DNA of 64,000 nt from Chitinophaga pinensis (GCA_945860225.1 CAMAPT010000001.1:15078-79077), one strand, 5' to 3'. Positions 30,701-40,936 are shown, counted from the first letter of the stretch. Notes: a model not told the origin generated them from the letters alone. Translations and numbers: made by a program.

Positions 30701-31624
30701 TTACGATATTAAAAATTTATTTCCCTCAATTGCTAATTCACAATTTTGAAATACAGATCTAGCTTCTGTTAAAAAATCGTCTAAATTAACATATCTGGCA
30801 GAAAAATGTCCTAAAAGCAACTTATTTGCGTTCGATAAAACCGCTATTTGAGCTGCGTCTTTCGCCGTGCTGTGAAAAGTTTGCTTAGCTCTATCTTTTT
30901 TATCTTCTAAAAAAGTAGATTCATGATATAAAAGATCGACATTTTTTATATCTAAAGCTAATTTTTCGAAAAATTTGGTATCACTACAAAAGGCATAGCT
31001 CCTTTGTTTCGGCGGATCAAGCGTTAATAGTTCATTTTGTATAATATTTCCATAATTATCTATAGCATCTAATCCTTGTTTAAGTTTATGAATTTCAGCA
31101 AATGAAACATTCATTTTACTTAATTTAAACTTATCTATATTACGGGATAAAGGCTTCTCCTTAAATAAATATCCTGTTGTTGGAATTCTATGTTTTAATG
31201 GTAAACTATATACTTCAACTTTTTCATCTTCAAAAATAAGTTCCTTAAAATTATGTTGAGTTTGAACAAATTTCAGATCGTAATTTAAATATGTATCAGA
31301 ATGTTGATGAATTAATTCTATAATTGGTTGCAATTCTTTGGGACCATAAATTGTTAAATCATTTGTACGTCCCAATAAATGCATACTTGCCAATAACCCT
31401 GGAAGTCCATAAAAATGATCTCCATGTAAATGACTTATGAAAATCTGATTAATACTTTGAAAACGTACTTTATGTTTCCTCAATTGCATTTGAGTTCCTT
31501 CTCCACAATCAATTAAAAAATAACGATCTGCAATATTTAATAATTGAGAAGTTGGATGTCTGTTTAATGTAGGAGTGGCTGCACTACTGCCAAGTATTAA
31601 TAATTCGAAAATCTGATTGGACAT
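30701..31624 (-). CDS. rnz: Ribonuclease Z (tRNA 3' endonuclease, metallo-beta-lactamase fold)
   Basis: HLHGDH motif, N-terminal LGSSAATPT, 307 aa. Confidence 0.9.
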   Translation of the reverse strand: MSNQIFELLILGSSAATPTLNRHPTSQLLNIADRYFLIDCGEGTQMQLRKHKVRFQSINQIFISHLHGDHFYGLPGLLASMHLLGRTNDLTIYGPKELQPIIELIHQHSDTYLNYDLKFVQTQHNFKELIFEDEKVEVYSLPLKHRIPTTGYLFKEKPLSRNIDKFKLSKMNVSFAEIHKLKQGLDAIDNYGNIIQNELLTLDPPKQRSYAFCSDTKFFEKLALDIKNVDLLYHESTFLEDKKDRAKQTFHSTAKDAAQIAVLSNANKLLLGHFSARYVNLDDFLTEARSVFQNCELAIEGNKFLIS

Positions 31625-31715
31625 GATATGATTTATTAATAATTAAAAAGAATCAGATAGATACTACTTTTTTGAATGATTCCCCATCTGATTACTAATC
31701 CAATCTTTCAAAAAC

Positions 31716-31748
31716 AAAAAAACCTTTCTTAACTAGAAAGGTTTTTTT
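31716..31748 (-). terminator. Intrinsic terminator after the M43 protease gene (symmetrical A/T flanks)
   Basis: aaaaaaacctttcttaactagaaaggttttttt; 9-bp stem, 5-nt loop. Confidence 0.7.
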
Positions 31749-31765
31749 AGTGTGTAAAAAATAAA

Positions 31766-34522
31766 TTATTCGATAATTAATTTCTTAGTTAATTTTTGAT
31801 TATCTATCGTCAAAGTCACAAAATAAATACCTGAATTTAAATTACTTGACTTGTTAATTGAATAATTTGTATTAACCCCTCCGAAAACTTTTACTTGGTT
31901 TTCTTCAATAATTCTACCTGTTATATCTGTAACAACAATACTTACCTGTGAATTTGAAGATGGTGTGAAATCAATAACCGCAGAAGAATTGGTTGGATTA
32001 GGATAAATAGCAAGACCTATTTCTTTTTCTAATTCACTTAAACCTACAGTTCCTGAGATATTAATATTATCTAAGTATAAATTTTGTGAAGTTCCTGTAG
32101 TGGCATCGTTTTTAAACCAAAAACGTAATTTAACATCTCTTTTATTGTTCAATTCATTTAATAAAGCAGATGATATAGTTTTTGTAACCCATTTTGGATT
32201 TGGAGTTGTTGAACTCCAAGGAATGTAAGGTGCGCTAACAGTTCCACCACTTGCAGCCATTTGAGCAGCGGTAGGAGTGCCTAAAACATTTTTCCAAGTT
32301 CCTCCACAATCAGTACTAAATTGTAATTTAAATGTATCCGCTACAACAGATGGTTTTCTAGCAAAAGAATAATCGAAAGAAATACTAACATTTGAAGTTG
32401 TAGAAAAATCTAATGTCGGTAATTCAAAAATATCAATGTTATTAGCGTTTCTGGCAGAACTAAAGTAATTTGCGTTAGCCAATACTATTGATTTTGAAGA
32501 ATTAGAACCATAATTAGATTGTTCCCAAGTGTTAGTTCCTAAGTCAGCATTAACCACTACCAATCCTTCTGGCCACCAAACTCCACTTTCAAAATCCTCT
32601 TGATAAGGCAAGGTTTTAACACCATTCCAATTAGTACGAACTAAAGATTGAACAACTTTACTATTAGAACCATCACTGTTAAAAACAGTTAAAGAAACTG
32701 AATAGGTTCCTGGGGTTGAGTATGTGACTGTTTGAGTAGCAAGGGTAGAAGTTGAAGGAGAGCCACCTTCAAAAGTCCATAAATAAGAACTAGGAATAGA
32801 GTTATAAGATATGCTATTGAAAATAACAGCTTGACCTGCGCAGATAGAAGCTTTATTATAAGCAAAATCAGCAATAGGAGCACAACTAGACGCTGGTGTT
32901 GGATTTCCATTATTGTCAATCAAGCCGGTAAACTTTAAATTTGCTACTCCTACTAAAGAATCCCTAGAACCGATTGAAGACTGAAGAGACATACGCATTT
33001 TATCTATCTGACCTTCAGTAAACATTTTAGGACAAGAAGAATAATCCATAATATTTTCGAAATTTGGTCTTATAGATGAACAAGAAGCCATTGTCAAATT
33101 AGGATTAGCTCCAGATGGTGTTGTTCCAATGTTTAAGTTGTAATCTTCAATTTCACCACTAGCTATTGACATAGTAGGTCCAGTAATTGCCTGATTACTA
33201 TTGATAATACGCATTCTAACAATACCGTAGATTCCACTTGGTATAGAAACTGTTTTGGTATAAGTTTGAGTTCCCAAAGAACCACCTGTTGAAGCTAAAA
33301 TTGTTTCATTGGCATCTAAAAAATCACCATCTCTATTGTAATCAATATAAGCAGCTACGTAATTACTTTCTGTTGATTTTGCTATAGAAGTAATACTAAG
33401 TTTTTGAGAGGTACCTGCATTAAAATCGTTACCATATACATTACTAAAATCAGCATATCCACCACTAGTTCCATTAGCTATAACCGTTAGAGTTTCCGTT
33501 TTAGGTGAATTTACTGTTGTTCCAGTTAAAGTAGCTAAAGGTTTAATAAAAACACCAGAAAGAGAATTTAATCCTGTAGTATTGGACATACTTCCAAAAC
33601 TAACTTTTAATACATCAGAACTGTCAATAGGATTTGTTAAGGTAGGAGAATCTAAAAAATTAGCTGGCTTAGGACATGATGCAAAAAAACCCGTTGTTGG
33701 AGGCGTATCTAAAATACCATCATCTCCGCATTCAAAACCCGGATTATTTGTCGAACCAAAAGTATGAGCTAAACCTAACCAATGTCCTATTTCATGACTT
33801 AGTGCACGAGCTTGTAATCCATTTAAATAATCATAACGATAAACGATTGCATCAGCAGCTGATATAGGGGAAGTGCCAGGTAGATGAGTATAACCAACAA
33901 TAATACCTCCACCTACAACTGAAGATCGAGAAATAATATTTTTAACGATGTATACATTCAAATATTTAGAGGGGTTCCAATTTCCCGCTCCCATAGTGCT
34001 ATACTGATAATTATCTAAATCAGATTGAGACCAATTCGTATTCAAATCATTATGACGAACAATACCATTAGAACAATTTCCATTTCCATCCTTTTTAGCA
34101 AATGCAAATGTAATTTTTGAATTTTGATAAGAAGATCTAAATAAAGGATCTATTTGAGTTGCATCACTTCCTAAAGCTGCAAAATCCCGATTAACTTGCT
34201 CTATAGCTTCAATCAACTGATCGTCAGGTATATTAGTACCAGTACCTACATTTTCTCCTTGATGTAAAATATGAAAAACAACAGGAATGGTGAAACTACG
34301 GACAGATAACGAAGATGTTTTTGAAGAAGCTAAATTTTTAAGAAAAGCTTTGTATTCTGCTTCAGATGCAGACTCGGCAGTATTTAATTTTTCAGCGTAA
34401 CCAGGAACACTTTTCAAATAAATTTCACGAGCCTGATAGGTACCACATGGCTGAATTTCTTGTGCATTAGTAGAACAAATCATAGATAAACAAGCTACAG
34501 CACTAAGTAATATTTTTTTCAT
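31766..34522 (-). CDS. Secreted M43 (pappalysin/ulilysin-like) zinc metalloprotease with inserted GEVED-like domain, PKD domain, MAM-like domain and T9SS C-terminal sorting domain
   Basis: HEIGHWLGLAHTF at aa 243-255. Met-turn region NIMDYS at aa 490-495. GEIEDY at aa 456-461. PKD-like block GTYSVSLTVFNSDG. C-terminal IYPNPT...GIYFVTLTIDNQKLTKKLII. Confidence 0.85.
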   Translation of the reverse strand: MKKILLSAVACLSMICSTNAQEIQPCGTYQAREIYLKSVPGYAEKLNTAESASEAEYKAFLKNLASSKTSSLSVRSFTIPVVFHILHQGENVGTGTNIPDDQLIEAIEQVNRDFAALGSDATQIDPLFRSSYQNSKITFAFAKKDGNGNCSNGIVRHNDLNTNWSQSDLDNYQYSTMGAGNWNPSKYLNVYIVKNIISRSSVVGGGIIVGYTHLPGTSPISAADAIVYRYDYLNGLQARALSHEIGHWLGLAHTFGSTNNPGFECGDDGILDTPPTTGFFASCPKPANFLDSPTLTNPIDSSDVLKVSFGSMSNTTGLNSLSGVFIKPLATLTGTTVNSPKTETLTVIANGTSGGYADFSNVYGNDFNAGTSQKLSITSIAKSTESNYVAAYIDYNRDGDFLDANETILASTGGSLGTQTYTKTVSIPSGIYGIVRMRIINSNQAITGPTMSIASGEIEDYNLNIGTTPSGANPNLTMASCSSIRPNFENIMDYSSCPKMFTEGQIDKMRMSLQSSIGSRDSLVGVANLKFTGLIDNNGNPTPASSCAPIADFAYNKASICAGQAVIFNSISYNSIPSSYLWTFEGGSPSTSTLATQTVTYSTPGTYSVSLTVFNSDGSNSKVVQSLVRTNWNGVKTLPYQEDFESGVWWPEGLVVVNADLGTNTWEQSNYGSNSSKSIVLANANYFSSARNANNIDIFELPTLDFSTTSNVSISFDYSFARKPSVVADTFKLQFSTDCGGTWKNVLGTPTAAQMAASGGTVSAPYIPWSSTTPNPKWVTKTISSALLNELNNKRDVKLRFWFKNDATTGTSQNLYLDNINISGTVGLSELEKEIGLAIYPNPTNSSAVIDFTPSSNSQVSIVVTDITGRIIEENQVKVFGGVNTNYSINKSSNLNSGIYFVTLTIDNQKLTKKLIIE

Positions 34523-34658
34523 TTGTATAATTTATAAATTAAATAAATTGGAAGATATACCAAAGACAAACTTAACGATTAATTTAATTAAAGCAAAAAA
34601 ATAAAATTTATTTAACCATGAAAATCATGTTAAAATCAGTCTGAAAAAATAGTATAAA

Positions 34659-35393
34659 TTACTTGATTTCCTTCCATTCAACGATATCCCTAATTACCAC
34701 CGAGGCACAAGTCATACCAAAAACAGCTGGTATATATGAAATAGTTCCATATGCAGATTTTTTAAAATTAGAACCATCTGTTTTCATAATCGACTTTCTA
34801 TCTGGAAGCTCTGATGAAAATACAGCTTTTACGCCTTTCTTAATACCGACAGACTTTAATCTTTTTCTAAGGTAATAAGCCATTGGACAATTATAGGTTT
34901 TGGAAAAATCAACGACTTTTAACTGAGTCGGGTCCATTTTTCCTCCAGCCCCCATGGATGAAACAATTTTATGTCCCATTTCCTTAGCCGTTTTAATTAA
35001 ATTTATTTTTGGAGTAATACTATCGATAGCATCTACTACGTAATCAAATTTTTGTTGAAGCAATAAAACCATTTTTTCAGGACTTTGAAATTCTGAAATA
35101 ACATTTAATTTGACATAGGGATTAATTTGTAACATTCGTTCTTCAATCAAACCGGCCTTGCTCATGCCATGAGTTGTTGACAAGGCTTGTAATTGTCTAT
35201 TACGATTAGTCGGATCTACTACATCACCATCAACTATCGTTAATTCGCCTACACCAGCTCGACATAAAGCTTCTGCAGCATAAGACCCTACTCCACCTAA
35301 TCCTACTACCAAAACATGAGCGTTTTGTAATTTATCTAAACCTTCATCTCCTACTAAAAGACGTGTTCTTTGCATCCAATGTTTATCTTCCAT
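34659..35393 (-). CDS. tcdA: tRNA threonylcarbamoyladenosine dehydratase (ThiF/E1-like)
   Basis: Rossmann motif VVGLGGVGS, 244 aa, typical TcdA/CsdL length and layout. Confidence 0.8.
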   Translation of the reverse strand: MEDKHWMQRTRLLVGDEGLDKLQNAHVLVVGLGGVGSYAAEALCRAGVGELTIVDGDVVDPTNRNRQLQALSTTHGMSKAGLIEERMLQINPYVKLNVISEFQSPEKMVLLLQQKFDYVVDAIDSITPKINLIKTAKEMGHKIVSSMGAGGKMDPTQLKVVDFSKTYNCPMAYYLRKRLKSVGIKKGVKAVFSSELPDRKSIMKTDGSNFKKSAYGTISYIPAVFGMTCASVVIRDIVEWKEIK

Positions 35394-36033
35394 TTATTTT
35401 AAATAATGTTGTGAAATTACTGTAAATTTTATTTTTTAAATCTTCTTGAGTCATTTTGAATCGTTCGGAGGCTATTTGGTAGATTTCTTGAATTGTCATT
35501 GTGCAATCTTCATCTGTTTCTAAAAATAATTTTTCTAGAGGAATTTCCGTAAAATTAAAATTCGGTTTTTGAATAGCAAAACGACTCAGAGAAACATAAA
35601 ATCCCTTCCCTAACAATTGATGTAATAACTCATATGATTTATTAAAACCATGAATAATGATTGGTATACTCGAATGGTAAACTTTACATATTTTAATTAT
35701 TTCATCGTATGCTTTAACGCAATGAATAATAACGGGCTTATGATATTCAACTGCCAATTTCAACTGATATTCTAGCATTTGTTGTTGTTTGACTAAATCT
35801 GCCCCCTTTAGTTTATCTAATCCACATTCACCAATTGCCATACAATTGGGGTGTGTAATAAGCTCTTGAAATTCAATTGTAGAAATTTTCAAATGCGCAT
35901 CCCAAGGATGAATTCCTAATGAAAAAAATGAATTAGTGTGTATAACTGAATCAAAACCGAAACGGTTATTATATAAAAAAACACCACTTTCTTTCGATAA
36001 GTGGTGTGTATGTATATCTACGAAAGGTATCAT
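35383..36033 (-). CDS. TatD-family metal-dependent hydrolase
   Basis: MIPFVDIHTHH start motif, GECGLD, HC...H pattern. I chose the internal Met at 36033; the ORF-track start at 36105 would overlap the upstream gene by 44 nt. Confidence 0.8.
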   Translation of the reverse strand: MIPFVDIHTHHLSKESGVFLYNNRFGFDSVIHTNSFFSLGIHPWDAHLKISTIEFQELITHPNCMAIGECGLDKLKGADLVKQQQMLEYQLKLAVEYHKPVIIHCVKAYDEIIKICKVYHSSIPIIIHGFNKSYELLHQLLGKGFYVSLSRFAIQKPNFNFTEIPLEKLFLETDEDCTMTIQEIYQIASERFKMTQEDLKNKIYSNFTTLFKINGR

Positions 36034-36061
36034 GTTTGTTAAGATAACCTCTCTATAAAAA

Positions 36062-37321
36062 TTATAATGCCTGAGAAAAACCTTCTCTGATTTTATCAGA
36101 AGCATACTCTCCTCCGTATAATTTGTCTTTAATTTTAGAGAATGATTCTATCGTGTATTTTACGTCTTCAAGAGTATGAACTGCTGTTGGAATTAATCGT
36201 AAAATAATCATTCCTTTTGGAATTACAGGATAAACAACCATTGAACAAAAAATACCGAAATTTTCACGTAAATCGATTACCATATTTGTAGCTTCAGGTA
36301 TAGAGCCTCTCATGTATACAGGTGTAACAGGGGTATTTGTTACTCCTATATCAAACCCAGCCTCTACTAAGCCTTTTTGAAGTGCTGAAGCAACATCCCA
36401 TAATTTAGTTCTATATTCTGGATGTTTGTTAATCAATTCCAAACGTTTTAATAAACCATATACCAATGGCATTGGTAATGATTTAGCAAAAATCTGAGAA
36501 CGCATATTATATCTCAAATATGTAACTACTTGTTTTGTTGAGCTAATATAACCTCCTATTAAAGCAAAAGATTTAGCAAATGTTCCAAAATAAATATCAA
36601 TTCCTTCTTGACAACCTTGCTGTTCGCCTGTACCACCGCCATTTGGACCTAAAGTTCCCACTCCGTGAGCGTCATCCACAAATAAACGAAAATTGAATTT
36701 TTTCTTTAATTCAACGATTTCTTTTAATTTCCCCTGATCACCCCTCATGCCAAATACACCTTCTGTAATCACTAAAATACCTCCTCCTGTTTGTTCTGAT
36801 AAACGTTTAGCACGTTCTAATTGTTTTTCACAATCAGCTACATCATTGTGTTTAAAAACAAAACGCTTACCCATGTGTAACCGAACACCATCTAATATAC
36901 AAGCATGACTTTCGGCATCATATACAATCACATCATGTCTATCTACCAACGCATCAATTGCCGATACCATTGCCTGATATCCGAAATTACATAAAATTGT
37001 ATCTTCTTTTTGTGATAATTTTGACAAACCTTTTTCCAACTGTTCGTGTAAATCTGAATTACCACTCATCATACGAGCCCCCATAGGAAGTGCCAAGCCA
37101 AATTTTTCTGCTCCTTCTTTATCTGCTTGCCTTACTTCAGGATGATTGGCTAAACCTAAATAATTATTTAAACTCCAGTTTAATAATTGTTTTCCTCTAA
37201 ATCCCATGTGAGGCGAAACCTCTCCTTCTAATTTTGGAAATGTAAAATAACCATGTGAAGCTTTGGAATGCTCTCCAATTGGCCCCATATTTTTTTCTAT
37301 TTTAGCAAAGATGTCTCTCAT
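36062..37321 (-). CDS. Alpha-oxoamine synthase family PLP enzyme (AONS/KBL/serine-palmitoyltransferase-like acyltransferase)
   Basis: NNYLGLANHPEV, DDAHGVG, and PLP-lysine context GTFAKSF; 419 aa. Substrate cannot be assigned from sequence by eye. Confidence 0.85.
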   Translation of the reverse strand: MRDIFAKIEKNMGPIGEHSKASHGYFTFPKLEGEVSPHMGFRGKQLLNWSLNNYLGLANHPEVRQADKEGAEKFGLALPMGARMMSGNSDLHEQLEKGLSKLSQKEDTILCNFGYQAMVSAIDALVDRHDVIVYDAESHACILDGVRLHMGKRFVFKHNDVADCEKQLERAKRLSEQTGGGILVITEGVFGMRGDQGKLKEIVELKKKFNFRLFVDDAHGVGTLGPNGGGTGEQQGCQEGIDIYFGTFAKSFALIGGYISSTKQVVTYLRYNMRSQIFAKSLPMPLVYGLLKRLELINKHPEYRTKLWDVASALQKGLVEAGFDIGVTNTPVTPVYMRGSIPEATNMVIDLRENFGIFCSMVVYPVIPKGMIILRLIPTAVHTLEDVKYTIESFSKIKDKLYGGEYASDKIREGFSQAL

Positions 37322-37451
37322 TTTCTATATTGTTTTTTTCGTTTTTTAAGTCTTTCATATTATCATAAGCCGATAATAAGTTAATTGTTTAAATATTTTT
37401 TTTAATAAAAATTAGCTTATATTTTATCAAAATTTTTGCAAAAGTAAGAAA

Positions 37452-38225
37452 TTAAATGATTTTTTTTATAACCCTCAATACATGAGAATATTTTTTGTTT
37501 TCTGAATGAAAAATACCATAGTGGTCAAATTTATCAATCCTAACAGATCCGCTTGCATGAATAATTTCCTGATTTTCTAAGACAATACCTACATGAACAA
37601 TATTACCGGCCTCATTATCAAAAAATGCTAAATCGCCAGGTTCGGCTTCTTCTACAAAACTCAGAGCTTTTCCTAAGTGAACCTGCTGACTAGCATCTCT
37701 AGGCAATTTATACCCATTTAATTTAAATACTAATTGAGTAAATCCTGAACAATCGATACCAAAGGGACTTCTCCCTCCCCATAAATAGGGGGCATTTAAA
37801 AACAAATATGCTGTTTCTTTAATTTCTTTAATGGATTTTTGTTTGCTCGCATCTGAAGTTTGCCCCTCAAAATAAAATGAATGTTCTCTAATAGAAAAAC
37901 TATTATCCTTAAAATGAGGTAAACTTGCTCCTATTGTTACCGGAAAAACTAGGTTTTGATTGGCATGATTCATAATCTGAACCAGCTCCGAGCTTAAATT
38001 CGTGACTTGTAATTTTTCATATTCAGCATCATCTAATTTGGTATGTTGCTTAAAACTTATCCAACATGGATAATTATCAAAACTGGTCGTAATTTTAATC
38101 CAATCTTCCTGACGTTCTTCAACATTGTAAGTTTCTCCAAATAATAATTGCGTTACCATTTCGCTAGTACTCGAAGGATCCTTGCGACAAGGAATGACGC
38201 TTAATAAGCAAATACCAAAACTCAT
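37452..38225 (-). CDS. NlpC/P60 (C40) cell-wall peptidase with N-terminal SH3-like domain
   Basis: Catalytic Cys context GIDCSGF and downstream HVGIV. Confidence 0.85.
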   Translation of the reverse strand: MSFGICLLSVIPCRKDPSSTSEMVTQLLFGETYNVEERQEDWIKITTSFDNYPCWISFKQHTKLDDAEYEKLQVTNLSSELVQIMNHANQNLVFPVTIGASLPHFKDNSFSIREHSFYFEGQTSDASKQKSIKEIKETAYLFLNAPYLWGGRSPFGIDCSGFTQLVFKLNGYKLPRDASQQVHLGKALSFVEEAEPGDLAFFDNEAGNIVHVGIVLENQEIIHASGSVRIDKFDHYGIFHSENKKYSHVLRVIKKII

Positions 38226-38296
38226 GTGGCTAAATTACTTTCTTGTTTCTCACATTGATTCGTCATTTTAAATAGTTATTCACTACCTAGTATTAA

Positions 38297-38328
38297 TTGA
38301 CCTAATACTAAGTTTAATTGTAATTTTG
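38297..38328 (+). promoter_or_regulatory. Candidate Bacteroidota-type promoter for the ABC exporter (-33 TTG at 38297-38299; -7 TAATTTTG at 38321-38328)
   Basis: Exact TAnnTTTG match 26 nt upstream of the ATG, with 21-nt spacing to the upstream TTG. An 8-bp inverted repeat tagtatta/taatacta (38288-38310) overlaps the -33 region. Confidence 0.4.
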
Positions 38329-38353
38329 ACCCCGTTAAAGCTTCAAACTGTTA

Positions 38354-40102
38354 ATGAAAATCCTTTACTCATATATTAAGCTCCATAAAGGGCTTTTGTT
38401 TCTTGCCCTATTTTTGGCCACAATTAACCAATGTTTTGCCCTATGCGATTCAATTATTACCGGCAAACTACTTAATGAATGCGGTGTTGGGTTAACTGAC
38501 TTTAACCACAATTACAAACATTTTATTAAGGTTTTATTAGGCTTTTTAGGATTATCTCTTGGTGCTGCCATGTTATCACGAATAGCCAAAAATTTTCAGG
38601 ACTATTTTACGAATATCATCATCCAAAGAATTGGTGCTCAAATGTATACAGATGGTATAAAAAAGGCACTTCAACTACCCTACCAAGACTTTGAAGATCA
38701 AAGGAGTGGCGAGACACTTGGTAAATTACAAAAAGTAAAAATTGATTGTGAGAAATTCATAACACTTTCAATCTCTATGATATTTCAATCATTAATTGGA
38801 ATAACATTTATCGTCCTATATGCGGTTAATATTCATTGGCTGCTAGGTCCTATTTTTTTAGCTACCGTTCCTATTATAGGTATAATTAGTTCTTTTTTAG
38901 GAAAAAAAATTAAAAAAGTATCAAAGGATATCTTATCAGAAACAACAGCGTTAGCAGGAGCCACTACCGAATCGCTTAGAAATATTGAGCTTGTAAAAAG
39001 CCTTGGATTAACAGAACAAGAAATCAATCGATTAAATACTACAACTATTAAAATTTTAGGATTAGAATTAAAAAAAGTTCGATTTGTGAGAAGTTTAGGT
39101 TTTATACAAGGAACAACCGTTCATTTTATGCGAACCACCTTAATATTTGCCCTATATCTGTTTTTATTTCATAATATTATTAAGCCTGGAGATTTAATGA
39201 CATTAATGTTTTTTTCTTTCTTTTTATTTAATCCGCTACAAGAATTGGGAAATGTTATAGCCACCTATAACGAAACGAAAGCTTCTATGGATAATTTCAG
39301 TAGACTTATTCATTCTAAAAGCGAGCCAAAACCTGAAAATCCGAAAAAAATTGGATTTATAACAAATTTACTTTTTGATGATATTACGTTTAAACATCAA
39401 ACGGCTACTACCTATGCCGTGAAAAATATTTCTTTTCAGGTAAAATTAGGAGAAACCATTGCTTTTGTAGGACCTTCAGGAAGTGGCAAAACAACACTTG
39501 TAAAAATGCTTGTAGGACTTTATAATCCTAACGAAGGGAATATTTTTTATAATGAAAATAATGTAAAGGATATTGATTTAACCGAATTAAGAAAACAATT
39601 AGGATTTGTGTCACAAGACTCTCAATTATTTTCGGGAACTATTAAGGATAATTTATTATTTGTTAAACCAACAGCTTCAGACCAAGAAATTGAAGATGTT
39701 TTAAGTCAGGCTGCATGCCAAAATTTATTAAAACGAGCCGAAAATGGTGTTAATACAACGATTGGTGAAGGAGGAATAAAAATATCGGGTGGAGAAAAAC
39801 AACGTTTATCGATTGCGAGAGCTTTATTAAGAAATCCACGTTTATTAATTTTTGACGAGGCTACATCTGCCTTAGATTCTATTACAGAAGAAGAAATCAC
39901 TCAAACAATTAGAAATATTTCTTCAAAAAAAGATCGTATTACGGTACTTGTTGCTCATCGTTTGTCAACCATCATGCATGCTGATAAAATAGTAGTACTA
40001 GAACAAGGCAAAATTATTGAACAAGGTAAACATACAGAATTACTTATTGAAAAAGGTTTATACTATGCTATGTGGCGACAACAGATAGGAGAAAGAAAAT
40101 AA
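38354..40102 (+). CDS. ABC transporter, fused permease/ATPase (MsbA/type I exporter-like)
   Basis: Six-helix TMD. Walker A GPSGSGKTT, signature ISGGEKQRLSIAR, Walker B LLIFDEATSALD. Confidence 0.9.
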   Translation: MKILYSYIKLHKGLLFLALFLATINQCFALCDSIITGKLLNECGVGLTDFNHNYKHFIKVLLGFLGLSLGAAMLSRIAKNFQDYFTNIIIQRIGAQMYTDGIKKALQLPYQDFEDQRSGETLGKLQKVKIDCEKFITLSISMIFQSLIGITFIVLYAVNIHWLLGPIFLATVPIIGIISSFLGKKIKKVSKDILSETTALAGATTESLRNIELVKSLGLTEQEINRLNTTTIKILGLELKKVRFVRSLGFIQGTTVHFMRTTLIFALYLFLFHNIIKPGDLMTLMFFSFFLFNPLQELGNVIATYNETKASMDNFSRLIHSKSEPKPENPKKIGFITNLLFDDITFKHQTATTYAVKNISFQVKLGETIAFVGPSGSGKTTLVKMLVGLYNPNEGNIFYNENNVKDIDLTELRKQLGFVSQDSQLFSGTIKDNLLFVKPTASDQEIEDVLSQAACQNLLKRAENGVNTTIGEGGIKISGGEKQRLSIARALLRNPRLLIFDEATSALDSITEEEITQTIRNISSKKDRITVLVAHRLSTIMHADKIVVLEQGKIIEQGKHTELLIEKGLYYAMWRQQIGERK

Positions 40103-40178
40103 TTATTAAAGTTTATAATAATACGAGGCAAAACCATTCGAAAAACATCTCAAATCAACAGCCTGAATTAAAACTTAT

Positions 40179-40598
40179 TTAATTATTAGTTTGTTCGGTA
40201 GGCAATTTGTTTGTGTCCAAATAAAATATTTCCCAAGTGTGTCCATCAAAATCCTCAATAGTTCTTTGTTGCATGAACCCATAATCCCTCATTTCATTTG
40301 GCTCACTTCCACCTACTTTAATTGCTTGATTTGTTATTTTATTCATTTCATCTATACTATCGACAGATAAAGAAAAAAGTCCGGCTAAATTATTTTTTGT
40401 ATCAGCTATGGGCTTAGTAGCGAACGTATTGAATTTATCATGAGTCATAATCATTAAAAAAATATTATCACTCCATACCATACATTTTGCTGTATTATCT
40501 GAAAATTGTGGGTTGTTTATAAATCCCATTTGTTGGTAAAAATCCATTGATTTATCTAGGTCTTTTACTGCTAGATTTATAAATATTTGTTTTGCCAT
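40179..40598 (-). CDS. VOC (glyoxalase/bleomycin-resistance/dioxygenase) family protein
   Basis: 139 aa. N-terminal FINLAVKDLDKSMDFY and C-terminal DFDGHTWEI blocks typical of VOC/PhnB-like proteins. Confidence 0.75.
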   Translation of the reverse strand: MAKQIFINLAVKDLDKSMDFYQQMGFINNPQFSDNTAKCMVWSDNIFLMIMTHDKFNTFATKPIADTKNNLAGLFSLSVDSIDEMNKITNQAIKVGGSEPNEMRDYGFMQQRTIEDFDGHTWEIFYLDTNKLPTEQTNN

Positions 40599-40882
40599 AT
40601 TGTATGTGTAGTTAAATATTATTTAAATTTTATGTAAGATAATGGTCTACTAATATTGAATAATTCGCGAATTACAAAATCTATTTATTTTTTACTTTTG
40701 CCATAAATAGATGCAGTGCCTAATCAAAATTCTTATGTTTAAAACATCACCATTTTTTTAATAGATTACCCAAATAATCTAACAGTTAAGAAAATACTTT
40801 TAAAATTTATACCATAAAAATATTTCACATGTAGATATTTATTATTTTTTAGTTGTCATATGGTTTAGCCAGTTTATCTTCA

Positions 40883-40906
40883 TTTGTGTTTGTGTTTGTG
40901 TTTGTA
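40883..40906. repeat. Hexanucleotide microsatellite (TTTGTG)x3 + TTTGTA
   Basis: Read directly: tttgtgtttgtgtttgtgtttgta, in the 480-nt intergenic region between rpsA and the VOC gene. Confidence 0.9.
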
Positions 40907-40936
40907 TTTCGGAAAACATGGCTATTTCATAAAACC

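Noticed and set aside
35383-36105. Long form of the TatD ORF, overlapping the upstream PLP enzyme by 44 nt
   Set aside because: The internal Met at 36033 gives the canonical TatD N-terminus (MIPFVDIHTHH) and removes the overlap. The 24 extra residues show no TatD similarity.
40842-40919. 25-codon minus-strand ORF MFSEIQTQTQTQMKINWLNHMTTKK whose (TQ)n tract is encoded by the hexanucleotide microsatellite
   Set aside because: It starts immediately downstream of a terminator with no visible promoter. It is very short and its only feature is the repeat itself. It is mentioned only because repeat expansion would stay in frame.
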